Below are positions 62,981 to 64,000 of a DNA stretch of 64,000 bases, in pieces (positions within the stretch are counted from its first letter, which is position 1; every line of letters begins with the position of its first letter). The DNA comes from Sulfuricella sp. (GTDB lineage Bacteria > Pseudomonadota > Gammaproteobacteria > Burkholderiales > Sulfuricellaceae): the NCBI GenBank assembly GCA_031426955.1, contig JASJPA010000001.1, positions 18,152 through 82,151 on the forward strand, in the 5' to 3' direction. Position numbers and translations under genes: made by a program. The notes under the pieces are model-generated. The model was not told the DNA's origin and did no database searches. It worked only from the letters and a program-made list of their open reading frames with translations.

Positions 62981-64000
62981 GCGCCTACGACCACGACCCT
63001 GTAACTTGTGTCTGGTTACGCCAAGACGCAGCCTCACTGTCTTACTCTGATGGCTCAGAAGTGGAAAACCGCATGCTCAGTATCCTCAAAAATACGGAGG
63101 ATGTTTCCACCCTATCACCTCAGTTGGCCAACGCCATCCGAGACTGGCCTACTGAGTACCATTTTTCGTCTGCACGCCACAATCTTCTGCGTCCCTTTGC
63201 CATCGGCCCGCGCCAACGTGTCCTGGAGTTGGGTAGTGGGTGTGGCGCGTTAACCCGTTACCTAGGCGAATCTGGGGCCACCGTGGTGGCAGTGGAAGGT
63301 AGTCTGCCCCGTGCCGGCATCACCGCCGAGCGCTGCCGGGATCTACCTAATGTCTCAGTCTATTGCGACGACCTGATGGCCTTTGAGGCGGAGGGCTCCT
63401 TTGACTATGTGCTTCTGATCGGTGTGCTGGAATGGACCCCAGTCTTCATGGCGGGTGATGAGCCTGTGGGCCGAACCCTTTCTGTAGCTGCACGCTACCT
63501 TGCAGAGGATGGCACCTTGCTTCTTGCCATTGAGAACCGACTCGGCTTGAAATACTTCAATGGCTGTGCTGAAGACCACATTGGAATACCCTATTTTGGT
63601 ATCCACGACCTATATGGTAGGGGTACGCCCGTTACTTTCGGACGTGCACAGATCTCGACCTATCTCAGGGCGGCCGGGTTCCAGGAACAGGAGTTTTTTC
63701 ATCCCTTCCCGGACTACAAGCTGCCGGGACTCATCCTAAGCGAAGCGGGAAGTAAGGATGTGCGGCTGCGCCAAGCCGATCTCCTTCTCCCCTATGCCGG
63801 ATGGGGTTGCCAGGAAACATATCACCGTGCATTTGATGAAGCGCTGGTCTGGCAGAGTATCGCTGCCAACGGGCTGATGGGTGAATTTTCCAATTCATTC
63901 CTGATCCGAGCTCGGAAATCTGTATCCTCACCTGTAGATTGGCTCGTTAAGGCATATGGTCGCACCCAGCGACACACCGCCTTTCTCACGGAAAGCACCA
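62977..64000 (+). CDS. Class I SAM-dependent methyltransferase of the glycan locus; runs off the window
   Basis: Open frame from ATG 62977 (ATGA overlap with wzt); VLELGSGCG motif I, FDYVLLIGVLE, PFPDYKLP; not in the ORF track because no stop is reached. Confidence 0.85.
   Translation, partial: MSAYDHDPVTCVWLRQDAASLSYSDGSEVENRMLSILKNTEDVSTLSPQLANAIRDWPTEYHFSSARHNLLRPFAIGPRQRVLELGSGCGALTRYLGESGATVVAVEGSLPRAGITAERCRDLPNVSVYCDDLMAFEAEGSFDYVLLIGVLEWTPVFMAGDEPVGRTLSVAARYLAEDGTLLLAIENRLGLKYFNGCAEDHIGIPYFGIHDLYGRGTPVTFGRAQISTYLRAAGFQEQEFFHPFPDYKLPGLILSEAGSKDVRLRQADLLLPYAGWGCQETYHRAFDEALVWQSIAANGLMGEFSNSFLIRARKSVSSPVDWLVKAYGRTQRHTAFLTEST

Overview
A 64-kb, mostly core-genome window from a GC-rich betaproteobacterium. 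The gene set (soxXYZAB, beta-type dcw, tRNA after rpoD) suggests a sulfur oxidizer such as Sulfuricellaceae/Nitrosomonadales; this is inference. Order: dcw cluster (ftsI to ftsZ, lpxC), dciA, a decayed M23 gene, secA, argJ, a Nudix-ThiE fusion, yacG-zapD-coaE-pilDCB, CNNM and ccsA-like genes, ffh, rpsP-rimM-trmD-rplS, ogt-xerD, an exported subtilisin with a BsuPI-type inhibitor, tauE-folB, plsY, tsaD, rpsU-yqeY-dnaG-rpoD, tRNA-Ile(CAT), a ~2-kb island remnant, selO, a fructosamine kinase, soxXYZAB, a MacAB-like exporter, cysC, wzm/wzt split by two TA modules, and a methyltransferase. Best leads: (1) a toxin-antitoxin-SecB chaperone (TAC) operon with a perfect 16-bp operator, between 21-bp direct repeats at the tRNA; (2) about ten palindromic or heptamer repeats of several families in the dcw operon, several translated in frame into MurE, MurD, MurG, MurB and Ddl, or supplying SD and stop signals; (3) a secreted protease-inhibitor pair; (4) a HEPN toxin with its catalytic motif deleted in frame; (5) an ATGA-to-ATCA change that removes both the folB stop and the tauE start. 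No CRISPR array or rRNA was seen. All family calls come from motif recognition by eye, not database searches.
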